Origin: Chrysomallon squamiferum
Taxonomy: Eukaryota > Animalia > Mollusca
Assembly: GCA_012295275.1 (NCBI GenBank)
Contig: CM022679.1
Span: 17,794,001 to 17,858,000, forward strand
DNA length: 64,000 bases
Reading direction: 5' to 3'
Positions 36,962 through 51,648 of this stretch are shown in pieces (position 1 is the stretch's first letter; every line of letters begins with the position of its first letter). The notes beneath the pieces are model-generated. The model did not search any database and was not told the origin of the DNA. It saw only the letters and a list, made by a program, of their open reading frames with translations. Both the position numbers and the translations under genes were made by a program.

Positions 36962-39900
36962 TGGCATCTAGTTGATGTTTTTCATTCTACGACAGACACG
37001 CCCTGAAGAAAACGTGCTTCACAACAGCTTGCTCTGATTAGCACATTAAATTTTTTCACATTCACATTTGTTTTCCAAAAATTGGATGCGGTAATGTAAA
37101 TCAGAAAGAAAAAAACAACTGTAATAGAAGATGGTCATTATTTGTCTGCAAACATTAAAAACTAAATAAAGCTATCTTTCTGAAATAAACAAAGAATTTT
37201 ACGTAATACTAAACTTTTCGAATAGAAAAATGCCATTCTGTCAGACAAAAGTTACATGAAGACTACAGATTATGGAAAACATTGATAAGTTTATTTACAT
37301 GATACTAAGAAATCCGATGTGACTGCCCTGAGATCATCTCGCTACCTTTCCGTTTATATTTCACAGTTTTCCATCGTTTACTGATGCACCAAAATCTGTA
37401 CTTGTCATTGTCAGTTAATTTTTTTATGAAATGCCTAACTAACAACTGAAAGATTTGGGCCAAAAATTTTGTCGGATGTAAACAAAATGGTTTAAATTTA
37501 CAAGAGTTGACTCTACACTTCACGTTATATACTTGTTTGTGGACCTAGTGTCTTGAAGCTGAAATTTCAGTCATGGCTTACTTTAAAATTTCTTTTTCTT
37601 TTTCTCTTTTTATTATTATTATTGTTTTCTTTTTTTTAAATTAAATTTGCTTCCCTATTAAAATTTCAGAAATAATCATTGTGAAATTTTCGAAATCCTT
37701 GTACTTATTTCTTTTTAACGTTTCAGTCAATACCAAGTAAGTGATAAATTCAAACATCGAAGTATGTTATTTATTCGCAGTTGAAAGATCCATGTAAAAG
37801 ATCCTTTGTTGCTAGAAAAGTCCAGAGGTTGGTTCTGGCATTTTTTTGTTTTGTTTTGGTGGGTTTTTTTAGTCGGTCTTTTCTTTTCTTTTTAAAAAAA
37901 AATATCTTATTAAGTGTAATATATGATCTTTTACAGCTGTATGATTACAAAATGTTGAGCACGTCTTTATATAAAACACTTATTTTTTCTAAATAGTAAA
38001 CTAGAAAACATTTGTCCGTTCCACTTAATTCTAAACAGTAATAATTAGCTTCTTTTTAAAGACATTTATCGTAATATAATACTAATTCTACTACTACTAC
38101 TTCTAAATAAATATTTTAATCCTGTTCTCATTTTCTTGAATTCGTTTTTCCTTGTTTTTTTTGCTGAATGATTAAAGCAATACGCTGAGCTATCATTAAG
38201 ACAGTAATCCTTTCATTTTTCAAAATAGTTAATTTCTGTTGTTTTCTTTTCGTAAAAGCCACATTACTTTATATATTTTTTCTTTATTATTCTAGCAATA
38301 TAAGTAAATGAAATTTTAAACAAAATACGAACACGAATTGTCTGTTGATCCTTGCATTGTCTCATTTGGTGACATTTACTTATTTGTTCTACTTTTGCCA
38401 ACATTTGCATTATTTTACTTCGCTGGTTCCGACAGTGTGTTTGAAGTTTGACTTGTTCAAAGTCTTTCTTCCACAGTTTAATTTGCAACCGATGCTTTAA
38501 CAAATATTTATAAACAGAAATCAATGTGCAAACATTCGTTTTTTTCTATAATGACAGTTTTCACTTAGCTGGCACGTAGTGTTTAATTTAAAGGCAGATT
38601 AATGATATAGACGATTTTCATTATACTAAAAGGTTTTGTATTTCACTTAGAACAGTACATTTTCAAAAATAATTTAGCTACACATATACATATCTGCGTG
38701 TGTGCATGTGTTTGTGTATCATCTTAAATTTAATTGTTTTTCTTATAAATAACAATTTAAAACAAAAGTAGATAAGAATATTTTTCTTCTTTAGTATATT
38801 TTATTTCTTACTGTGTAAGCAGTGATGTTTCTTTATTAGTTCTCAACAGAATTATCTAGTATTAAGAAATTGTGACTTATTCAGAGAGCTGATCAAAGTG
38901 ATAATCCTATTTACTTAAATAGATTACTCATCATATGACAGGAAAACGCGAAAAGCAGAACTCACTGCTGTCTTCACTTAATGCCGCTTCGATTTTTATT
39001 TCCTCTTTTTTCGCTGTCTCTACTTCATATTCTGAAAGCAAATGTCCAGCATTTGTGAACTTCATATTAAAGAACACTTGCGTGCTGAACAAATAGGTTA
39101 GAAATGAGCTGATCAGAACGTGTCTCGACCCTGCCGTTACCAAGGGATGGAATCGACGCTCGTAGGAAGGTTGTTTGCAGAACAAATATCAGTTTAGACA
39201 GACCCGCCAAAAGTGATTTTCAAAGACAGGTCTGTTGTCAGCAAACCGAATGGAGTTCTGGTCATAGACTTGGACACGTGATTTACCGATAATAACAACC
39301 AAAGATAATGAGCATACAAACGACACACAAAAAAGATAAAAATAAAATTCAACAAAAATAGATAATTAATTTAATAATAATGTGTACATGCTGTAAAACG
39401 AATTAGGTTGAAATTACTAATGTAAATGTTAAAAACTGTGTCTAAGAATACTAAGTATAAAACTAAAAATAATTTGTCCTATCATGAAAAAAAAAAAATT
39501 CAAAAGTAATTGTAAAATTATATCGTTTTCAGGATTTATTTTACACTGAAATGAAACTGAAAGATATTAAATTACTTTGTGCACTGAGAAAACATTTATA
39601 TTGCCTTTTTATCCTTTAACTATTATTATTATTATTACTGGTGTTGTTTGCAGTGGTGCTATTGCTACTGTTGTTGTTGCTGCTGCTGCTGTTGTGCTTC
39701 TGCTCCTTTTATTGTTACCCAAAAGAAGAACTGAGAATAATTAATTACATGCCAAAAAAAAAAAAATGTTTGTTAGTTTTTACTAGTTTGTTTTTGCCTT
39801 CATTTAAAATCCAAAGAGATGTAAAATTATTATAAATATTTAGAACATACAGCAATGTTTATAAATTATAACAAAGTATGCAGTCATCAATGCATTCGTT

Positions 39901-41974
39901 AGTATTATTAGTATTATGTCATTGTTGTCGTTATAAATACTGTTGTCTTTTTAAAAAAAAATGTTTTGACATAAACATAATCTTTTATAATTTGCACATT
40001 CAGTTCTTCAAGACTTTATAATGTATCGAATATTGTAATTTTATTATTTTTAATGGAAAATACAATTTAAAATTCCTGAGTTACAAAAATCTTATAATTA
40101 ATTTTAAAAATCTAAAAAATCTAATGCGGTTCTTTATTTCTGGTAGCATATTGTAATCACCATGCAAAATCACCATGCAGAGCCGAACACGTGATTTACT
40201 GATAATAATATTACTATAGATCGTTGTCATTCGCAGCTGACTTTAACAGCAGGGATGAATGAAAAGACTAATAAGTTAAAACAGATTTACAGATTAACTA
40301 CATAAACACATTAGGCGAATGACGTGTAAACTCCAGTTCATAACTTGCAGATGATTCTTTTAAGTACATAAATGATTATATTTAAAAAATTGAGGACGAT
40401 TTAAGAAAAGTGATGAAATCAGATACTTAACAAAGAACTTCAAGTAATTTGTTAAAGTCTACCAACGAATACATGGTCAAAAACAGCTGATTTGACGTAA
40501 TATATATGAATGAAACAGTTATAATAATAGATATATGTAACCATTTTGTTAGTAGTTATCAGTTTCTTGATAAGCTGGAGACATTCACTAAATATAAAAC
40601 TGATATTACAATACATGTATTGCCACACATGCAATTCAGTATCCATCATTAAACTGCAATCTCTTTTATTTTGCATGTATCGGTTTTCAAAGATCCAGCC
40701 AGGGCTCATAGAAATTAATTTTGTCGATAAAATATGGTTTGTGCCACAGTTTTAAATAATCTTAATATTATTACTTTTATGGGAAAATGGAAATCATAAA
40801 TGATTTTTCAAATTTGATAAATACAGAAGGTTAAAGTATAATATCAGTTTCTTCTTATTATTTTTTTTTCTTTCATTTTTGGTGAAAAAGCGAATCTCGT
40901 TTCTAATTGCGTTTATTGTTGTTTATGTGACTTTTTATTGGATAGAAATGAATTCAAAGTGTCCAGAAATAAACTAACATGTATTTTGAATACTGCCAAA
41001 TGATCGTTTCAAAGGTAACTGACGCTACTCCTTGCTAATAACAAAGTTTGATATTAAACAAAGAGCCTGCCTTTTTTTTTTCTTTTTTTTTTCTTTTTTC
41101 CTTTGTTATAAGGTCGTTTTATACTCTGAAAACGTATCTCTGTCAAAAAGAATAGTTATGGTAAAAGTCAACAAATAAAAAGCCCTAGAAAATACAATAC
41201 TTTATGTTCGTTGTAAATTTCTTCTCGCACACTAATCATAAGTTCACAAGGATACTGTATTTCTTATTTTTATTTTTATTTTATTTTTTTGTTAGGATAC
41301 AAATACTATGATGTAAATTATAATAAGCTGCTGCGATGCGAAGTTGTATCTAATTCTACTGAGAATATCAGAATAGCTATAAATGTGTGTGTGTGTGTAT
41401 GTGTGTGTGTAAATGTGTGTAAATATCACAAATATAGCCTCTGTGATATGATACGGCTGGCATTAAGCTGACATACAAGCTACTGAAGTAACTTTTTAAC
41501 ACTGGAAAAATCCGAATATTTCTACATATTTATTCTTTATCTAACAACATTTGATAATATTATATTTATCAAAGCAATTATTAAATAAGAGATGATGCGT
41601 ATAAATCGAGGTATTTCTTTTCCACTTAAAGGTAATTACGATTGTTGTGGTTCTTCTTCTTCTTTACTAAGCAGTTTAACATAGCTGTGATATCTGAACA
41701 GTTGAATATCACGTGTTTCGCCATTTGTTCGTTATACGGTACAGGAATGGCTATAAATCATAGATGCTTGACAAATAAATCCCATCGTTTGTGTTTTATC
41801 GTAAAAGGATTTCAGCTGAAGTTTTTAAAACAAAAGTAATGTTATTTTTTTATTTCACATAAAGAAAGAAGAGGGCGTGAAGATAAGGAAGGAAAGAAGG
41901 AGGAATTAAAATAAAGAGTATTTCAGAATTACAGTTTTATTTCACTTAAACAATCATACATGCACAAAGTATTT

Positions 41975-42002
41975 TTTAATTATTATTTTATTTTATTTTA
42001 TT

Positions 42003-42041
<39 letters not shown>

Positions 42042-42107
42042 TTTTTTATATTTTTTTTAATTATTATTATTTTATTTTATTTTATTTTATTTTATTTTAT
42101 TTTTTTT
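41975..42107. repeat. (TTTTA)n/(TTTA)n tract
   Basis: Directly visible. Confidence 0.9.
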
Positions 42108-45100
42108 GCTTGCTTATTCATAAAAAAACATTATAGGATCAAACTATGAAAACAAATTTAAAAAACTGGAAAGAACTCTGTGAAGAATCAACTCTAGGAA
42201 ACTCAAAATATGTAATACATCTATTATAAAAATCATTTGAGTTACCAGTACCTTTTTCACAATTTTTCTGATTTGTGAAGTAAATCAGTTACTTTCATTA
42301 AAGATCACTATAACTTAGCCCTTGATACAAATGCTTGATTATATTAAAACAGGCTATCTGCAGATCAATTATGTAGGCCTACTGTCACCTGTAGTATATA
42401 ATCATCCACAATATTAAGAAGGAATGTGCTTCACACCAGCTTGCTCTGATTAGCACGTTAATTTTTTTTCAGTTTCAGTTTCAGATAGAATAAAACCCCT
42501 CAGTTATTACAGAAATTATGCAATTACTAAAGAAATCGAGCAATATAAATTTGGTGCACAAATTAATTCTTGTGGACTTGTTAAATGAATTTCAAAATGA
42601 AATATATACTACACTCTTTTGCTGCGGACAACTTTTAATCTACAGTTTAATAAAAATATATATCTAATTTTGCACAAATAATAATAAATGCCTGTTCCAC
42701 AAGAATATTATTTTTTGAAGTGAAAGACGTACATTTTTGTTTTTCATCTCTAGAACTGTAAAAGGAAATTTTCGAAAACTAAGCAATGGTGAAATATGTG
42801 TGTTTAAAAGATATTTATTTCAGTAATTTTGAAATACGGACGAACTACATCATTTCTCTAGGTTGTGCATGTCAGCTTGATACAAGCGCCAGCACGGTCA
42901 CGATGAACTCAGTTAACTGCGAAAAGTATAATTTGTCTCATACCTGTACAATATAAAAACAGAAGGAATAATTATACAGGTATACATCACACATTTCATT
43001 CCGTGTTACATATTTACTTTTTCGATTTTCCAGTTGTACTTTGGTAGTCAATATTCATACCCCCTTAATGACGGTTCGCAATTATTAATTCCTACTCATT
43101 GCTTACATACGTTATTGTCCGTTCCATCCAGTGTTACAGTACGTTTTCTGTGGACTAGTACATATTAATTTTATTAATATTTTATTTCTGCAAAATGTTT
43201 TATATTTACCTGTTAACCATTACTTTACATCATATTAACAAATATTCTTGCAAAACTTCCTTCCGATTTAAAAATATATGGGTTTTTTATTTCCTTAGTA
43301 CGTATCGGTACAAGAGATAACACCAAACCTCGCATTATATAATACTGATATACAATTAATTTTAATATAGCCTGCAATTTCGGCTTTTAGTAAACAGCAT
43401 AAAACATAAATTTAATTTTATCAAAATACTTTAAAGATTGTTTCAATAATTCTGAAAATTGGTTTACCTTTTTATAATGAATGAAGTTATGGGATGAGAT
43501 CAAAATAATTGACGTTTATTGTTAATTGAAGTATGCCAATCGTAACATCATACATGATTTGTGTTCTATCTGATTTCCGCCATTGGTCTCGGAGGATATT
43601 TGTTATCAGCTGACAATTGATCTTCAGTGTCACAGACAACGCTTCACTAACTTCAGTTATAGAAAGAACAACCATGTATACAGTACAAGTACATTGTCAG
43701 ATATTCATATCAGTGTAGTAACTTCTCTTAAAAAATCTTCTTCTTCTTTCCAATATACAGAATTATTTTAATGGAGCGATTCATTCAGATAATGAAATTA
43801 TTTTAAATTAATTACTTCGTTGCAATATATAGTCAGCATAACTATAAAGCATACTTTTAATAATACGAAGAAATATATATACATGTATTAATTAATAACG
43901 AAAAATATAAATGCAGGATTAGCTTTAAAATTCAGTCTGAATTGCCCCACTGCCGTTTTTTATAGTCGTTTTGTCATCGCGAAGAGGTTGGGGTATTATC
44001 TCTAAGGTTTATTCTACTGTCAAAAGATAAAATACAGCTAACAGGACATGAAATCACAGTTGGTTTAAAATAGCTAAAAATAACTACATACATACATACA
44101 TACATACAAACTACAGAGATACATAAACAGATGTACACATATAAACATATACACACATATACATGCATACATACGTAAGTACACATACAAAAACATACTT
44201 ATAAAGTTATGCTTTCATGAACTGAAATCAGAAAAATCGAAATTCATCAAGTGACGTATTATAAGGGTGGTGATAATTCTACACGTGAAAATTATGACAA
44301 TCACCTTAATGCGAAATTCCATTTATTGCAACAAGAAATTAATAATTTTGTCATTATACGATTAAAAAAATTCTCACACTAAAAAACTACTATATATGCC
44401 TAAAGCTGATTAGAAATCGTTACATGTGTTAATTTAATGTGTGAAAACACAAAGAATGTATTAGTGTGCACGAACTATTATTTACGGTGATACGAACAGA
44501 ACTGAACATTTTTAATATATATATATCTATATATGTTTTTCCATATAGTACGTTTGGTCTCACAGATCTTTAGAATTTGTTTCATTGGTATTTGTCTGTA
44601 ATCCATATGTTTGTACATGTGTGTGTGTATGTTTATATGTATATATGCATGTATCTGTGGGCGTCTATGTATCTATGCATGGATGTGTGTATGGATGTAT
44701 TATGTATGTATGTCTCTGTGAATATATATGTATATATGTATCTGTGAATATATATGTATGTATAGTGTGTGTCAGTCTATATATGTATCTACTTATGTTT
44801 ATATCTGTGCATGTATCTATGTATGTCTTGTAGATATGAGTTTATCTATGCATTTATTTATGTTTATTTTATAATAAGTAAACTACTTAGATGAGACTTG
44901 AGAGTTACAGGTAAAAAAAAATCAATCGGTCTCCAAAACAAAAGGCAATTAATTAGGAGTAGAGCGATACAGATTACAGGATAACTTTGTCAACAGTGCA
45001 TCGTTATTAACGAATACTCCGTTTTGCAAATGTCAAAATGAACGGCGACAGCAACGTCTTTAGTTAAAATTAAACCTAAGTAATTATTTAAATGACACAC

Positions 45101-45539
45101 AATAATTTTACATAAACCATATCATTAAATATTTATGGTTACTGTTCTAATTCGAATATAATTAGATTTCTGATGGAAATAATGTATAAAGAAATGATTA
45201 GGAGACTTATTAACTTAGAGGTGAGTGAGTAAATGTCATCAATTGAATATGATGAAAATGCGATGTTAATTCACGATACAGAACCTTGTTATTATTTTAA
45301 ATGTCTATAAATAATAATGACTATTTTGTAGGCTGTCTGCCTCTGCATTTAATAGCAAATGAAAGATCAAACTCATTTTAAATTATAAATTAATATTAGA
45401 CACTGTATGTATGTATATATGTAAGTATGTATGTATTTGTGTATGTATGTATATCTGTATGTATGGTTGTATGTGTGTGTGTCTGTGTGTGTATGTGTAC
45501 GTGTCTTTATATGTATATACATATGGTTAAGTTGTTTTG

Positions 45540-45600
<61 letters not shown>
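45540..45600. repeat. (AAT)n microsatellite
   Basis: Directly visible. Confidence 0.95.
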
Positions 45601-45603
<3 letters not shown>

Positions 45604-48067
45604 TAAAAATAGTTTCAGTCAGATTATCCTATTTTTCCTACTGATTATTATTTATTTATGTATTTAATATTTTATTATTATTATTATTTTTTTTTTATTG
45701 ATCATTTTGATACGATCTGACAAGATGAGGTTATCATCGTTACTTTTTACTAATTTCAGTAGTCGGTGTGACTGACAGATCAGTCTAACCCCCATATTCC
45801 TTTTTACGACAATTTGTGCGACCGTTTTAAGGTTCGTATCCGGTTTTAATCACGCCTGAAATATTTATTAGAAGCTACTTGTCAGTGTTATCTCCGGTCA
45901 TTATCAGTGCTAACAGTGTGCATCTAACAGTGTATCGATCATATAAAACTGCTGAAAGCGTAACAAGATATATTCTATCAAATAACGATACACAAAAACG
46001 TTTTGCCGTCTGTGTGTAATTTAGTGTGGCCTGTGGATCTTTTTTTCAGATCAAGTGTTTACTGGTGCTGTTAGTAAACTTTAGCACTTCGTTTCATTCT
46101 CTTGGATGTAGTTTTACGAATCTTCAAAAATTTTTTTAAAAATTTAAGAGTACTTATGTCATTAAAGTTTATCACATAATATACTGAGGCATGCATTTGA
46201 ATCAGAATTTGTATAATACTTTTTCATTTTAATAATTTAACGTGCAAAGCAACAACAACAACAACAACACAAATAATAATATTATTATTATTATTAAAAC
46301 TGATTATAAATTATTACAGACTGGAAAATCCTTTCAAGGTTGTATTTATTACTTGTTGATATCGGTGATTACAAAACCCAACACAAATCTAAAGCATGTG
46401 TTTAAGACATGGAATAACCACTTCCATTTTATTTCTGTAGTAACTGGCAGCTCAGATTTTTGATATGTGAAGAAATTGGCAAAATCGCATACCATAAGAG
46501 TAAATTCAAACAATAATGAAGTTTATTATCTTGTTCCTAGACTGATGGATCTCGAGTTCCTGGCATAACAGGATCACAGCTGTCCTTCCCGCCGTAAAGC
46601 GCAGAATCAGAATAATTAAGAAAGTCAGCTTTTCGTCATAGCTAAATGACCTTCACCAATAAGCCAAGAGTTTGCCACTAGTCTTGAGAATCGACAAATA
46701 TTTTGACGTACGAAGCAAATCCCCAACTGGCCATGTTCATGGTTCTCGCTTCTGTAATTTGTTGGTTAACTTTGTAAATACTGTCTGAAACTGGAATTCA
46801 ATTTTGACAAAGCTATTTGCTCATAAGTTCACGACCTGAAGTATTAGTAGATATGTTGTAAACTACGTTTCGTGGGATGAAGCGAATTAAGAATGAAATA
46901 GACGATTTTGTTGTTTTGTAGGAATTGAGTTTGCAATAACTGAATAGTTGTTTAAATACATAATTCGAAATTAAACTTACTTTGTCCTTGATGATCCTCC
47001 GATTATCAAAACAAAAGATTACAGCACAATAAAACAATAAAATTTGAGTGTCACACTTTTTTAATGCTCTGTATTAATTGACTTACCCATGGATAGAGTG
47101 AAGAGGGACAACTGATTATTTAAAATGCGAAAGTTTTTGCATAATTAATTATATTACCTGTATTTTATTTAATTTGTATTTATGACAAATATCGATAAAT
47201 GTTTTATTGCCAACAACAACAGAAACGATATCTAGACTAAATAGTGGAAGAAATTATTATTTTAAACGCTAGTAAAATATAATAAAAATAAGACAAGAAA
47301 AAAATAAAACACATCAAATAAACATGAAATATTTAAAAAAGTAGTATAAAATAATAATAATGATGATGATAACAGTAATAACAATAATAATAGGACGTCA
47401 CAAGAGAAGACTCAATCCCACCAGCCGTTTCATTTCTTTCACGTGCATAACGTCCTAGATAATAGTGCTTAATTTGTAACTAACGGATATTTGAGAGAAA
47501 TAATAATAATCTATGCGTTCACTGTGCAATAACTGCAATAACTGCTTGCAACAGTGAATCGTAAACAGCATCGACAACTTTACCAAGGTAAGTTTAAACT
47601 TTGTATTTTAAACCACGACTACACCAACAACTTTAAAAAATATATATTTTAAACCGTTCATTTCATTTGTACTTTAAAATCATATGTTAGTGTCATATTT
47701 TTAATAATTACCTACATTATCTTATTATATATGACTGTTAATTTTTCTTTTCTTTCTTTTTTCGAATTTTATATATTATCAGTTAATGATTTTTTTTAAA
47801 TAGATACAGAATTCAGAAACTGAATGAAGTATTTCACATATTATTTTCCTCAGCACCATCATTTATATACTTACTTACTTATTTTATTTTATTTTATGTT
47901 ATTTATTTGTTTGTTCGTTCGTTCGTTTGTTTGTTCGTTTTACGTCTTTGAATTGCTAGGCTAAAAGCACTGTTCCTTAATTTATAAATTGATATTTTAT
48001 TTTATGCAGTGTTGGTTAACTTAATCAGTTTGCTCTGTTTATTTATTGACAGAATGAATACAACTGG

Positions 48068-49859
48068 GAGAGAGATACAAGTGAGATGTACAAGTGAGAG
48101 ATATACAAGTGAGATGTACAAGTGAGAGATATACAAGTGAGAGATATAAAAGTGAGAGATATACAAGTGAGAGATATACAAGTGAGATGTACAAGTGAGA
48201 GATATACAAGTGAGAGATATAAAAGTGAGAGATATACAAGTGAGAGATATACAAGTGAGAGATATATAAGTGAGAGATATAAAAGTGAGAGATATACAAG
48301 TGAGATATAGAAGTGAGAGATATTCACGTGAGAGATATACAAGTGAGAGATATACAAGTGAGAAAGATACAAGTGAGAGATGTACAAGTGAGAGATATAC
48401 AAGTGAGAGATATAAAAGTGAGATATACAAGTGAGAGATATACAAGTGAGAGATATACAAGTGAGAGATATATAAGAGAGAGATGTACAAGTGAGAGATA
48501 TACAGGTAAGAGAGATACAAGTGAGAGATATACATGTGAGAGATATACATGTGAGAGGTGTACAAATGAGAAAGATACAAGTGAGAGATGTATAAGTGAG
48601 AGATATACAAGTGAGAGAGATACAAGTAAGATATGTACAAGTGAGAGATATACAAGAGAGAGAGGTACAAGTAAGATATGTACAAGTGAGAGATATACAA
48701 ATGAGAGATATATAAGTGAGAGATGTACAAGTGAGAGATATACAGGTAAGAGAGATACAAGTGAGAGAGATACAAGTGAGAGATATACAAGTGAGAGATA
48801 TACATGTGAGAGATGTACAAGTGAGAGATGTACAAGTGAGAGATGTACAAGTGAGAGATATACATGTGAGAGGTGTACAAGTGAGAAAGATACAAGTGAG
48901 AGATATACATGTGAGAGGTGTACAAGTGAGAAAGATACAAGTGAGAGATATACATGTGAGAGGTGTACAAGTGAGAAAGATACAAGTGAGAGATGTATAA
49001 GTGAGAAATGTACAAGTGAGAGATGTACAAGTGAGAGATATACATGCGAGAGGTGTACATGTGAGGAGAAAGATATACAAGTGAGAGATATAAAAGTGAG
49101 AGATATACAAGTAAGATATGTACAAGTGAGAGATATACAAGTGAGAGATATAAAAGTGAGATATAAAAGTGAGAGATATACAAGTGAGAGATATACAAGT
49201 GAGAGATATACAAGTGAGAGATATAAAAGTGAGATATACAAGTGAGAGATATACAAGTGAGAGATATACAAGTGAGAGATATAAAAGAGAGAGATATACA
49301 AGTGAGAGATATACAAGTGAGAGATATACAAGTGAGAGATATACAAGTGAGAGATATACAAGTGAGATATATACAAGTGAGAGATATACAAGTGAGAGAT
49401 ATAAAAGTGAGATATACAAGTGAGAGATATACAAGTGAGAGATATACAAGTGAGAGATATACAAGTGAGAGATATAAAAGTGAGATATACAAGTGAGAGA
49501 TATACAAGTGAGAGATATACAAGTGAGAGATATAAAAGTGAGATATACAAGTGAGAGATATACAAGTGAGAGATATACAAGTGAGAGATATACAAGTGAG
49601 AGATATACAAGTAAGATATGTACAAGTGAGAGATATACAAGTGAGAGATATATAGGTGAGAGATGTACAAGTGAGAGATATACAGGTAAGAGAGATACAA
49701 GTGAGAGAGATACAAGCGAGAAATATACAGGTGAGAGAGATACAAGTGAGAGATATACAAGTGAGAGATATACATGTGAGAGATATACATGTGAGAGAGA
49801 TACAAGTGAGAAAGATACTAGTGAGAGATGTACAAATGAGAGATAGATATACAAGTGAG
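48068..49859. repeat. ~1.8-kb minisatellite, unit GAGAGATATACAAGT (15 bp) with 13-bp and point variants
   Basis: Directly visible, roughly 120 units; produces all ORFs in 48002-49865. Confidence 0.97.
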
Positions 49860-50797
49860 TATTAGGTTTGTTCTCAGTTTATCAGATTTTTCTGTCTAAT
49901 GCACTGGAATTTTTAAGTGAAAAAATAAATAAACAAAAATATAATAACTTGTCATCTAGTATATTACCTATCTTGTTTACAACCTCAATTGTAAAATTAC
50001 TCATACTGATTCAGCTTTAACAACAGTTGTTAAATATTATTCATGAACGTAAATACAATATTTTACCATTTAATTAAACATTTTTGTAATTGCAACAACA
50101 ACAGTTACGAGAATACAAAACCAGCCACATTAGCAACAGTTCCAATACAATGATGGCATAAGTAAGCATATATTCAGATACGTTATTTTTTATTAACAGT
50201 TTTGAACAGAATTGCGTATCGAAACTGTTAATTTGGTTTGTTGCTTTAGCGACTGTTCAACCCCTTTCAAATTCTCGGAGTATTATTTATAAATCTCAGA
50301 TAGCCGTGATTCGTACCAACAGAAAAAAGCAATACAGTGTACAATGAAAAGCGAAGAAAAAAAAATGCTTATAGTCAAAGACAAATCGATATATCATTTG
50401 TGGAAAGGTACGAGCGGATAGTTGTTATTCGCGGGTTATAATACAAGCTCCGGTCACGTTTGTGAGAGGATTTGCGTTGGTGGAGGATTAAATCATATCC
50501 GTTTCGTTAATGTAGTTGTCTATAACTGAATAGCTGAATATCGATCAACACAGGAGAAGTTGTAATTAGACAAGTTACTTTTATAGGTGATTAGAATTTA
50601 GAATTTCATTCATGAATCATTTAGTGATTGGTTTAGAGTTTACAACAGACACTGAGTAATTAATAACATTTTGTAATTTAATGCGACAAACGGACAGGCA
50701 GAAAGGGAGACAGGGAAAGAGAGTGAGGGAGAAGTAAAGAGAGAAATACAAAGAGAAAGAAAATCAAAAACAGGCAACGTAGAAACATATGAATAAA

Positions 50798-50912
<115 letters not shown>

Positions 50913-51408
50913 CTTTTCCTTTGCACATAGTATGGTCAGTGAAAGGTCATCGCAGGGCCGAACCATAATTGACCATACTGGTGTTAAGGGAAATAGTGCT
51001 CTGTGAGCAATGGGTCTTCGTACAAGGTGTCAAGTCATTCCATCAGTCATATGCAGCACACTTCGACAGTGTGCCGTTTGGGATATTATCAAGTCTATTG
51101 CTAATATGTCCATTTGTCTCTTCTCATTGTTTCTCTTGTGCAAAGAGCATTCTCTCAAGTGTTAATTTGTGTCTCTTTTAACCTCGAAACTATTTTGAAC
51201 GTATTTTTATACTACGTCTGTTAATTGTAGTCAGCCAGAGTTCATCCACTAAAGCCAAAATATTTAAATAATTGAATCACGAGAAAGTAAATAAAGCTAA
51301 ATGCATTACAAATAAGAAAATAAATTTGATCTTCAGTTATATTATAATAACTACAATTCAGTTATTCTTGAAATACTATATTTATTTCAGTTTGTTATGC
51401 AATACATT

Positions 51409-51648
51409 CAGGGACAAATCTACTATGAAACTAATTAAATTTAAGCTTTAGGGCTCCTAATCCTGGATCGGCCCCAGAAGCTTCTTTAATCCATACTGCT
51501 TAAATGTTTTAGGTCGGACCATTAATACATGTAATAGTGATGAATAGCTACTGCACTATAATTGGATGTCACAGGATCTGGTTGCTGGTTGGAAATGGCT
51601 TCCATAACAGTTCAAATTCATGGCCCGGAAAATGTAGGTTTGCCATTA
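51409..51648. mobile_element. Old hAT-type MITE (~240 bp)
   Basis: Degenerate TIR cagggacaaatctac / gtaggtttgccatta; 8-bp flanks AATACATT (51401-51408) and GGTACATT (51649-51656) match 6/8. Confidence 0.55.

Noticed and set aside
48068-49859. CRISPR-like array
   Set aside because: Head-to-tail units with no unique spacers, no cas genes and a eukaryotic context.
48002-49865. Long ORFs of 310-603 aa (YISHL/YLSLV/ISLTC/RYTSE/RDIQV repeats)
   Set aside because: Translations of a 15-bp tandem repeat that is open in most frames on both strands; 13-bp units shift frames freely, so there is no sign of coding constraint.
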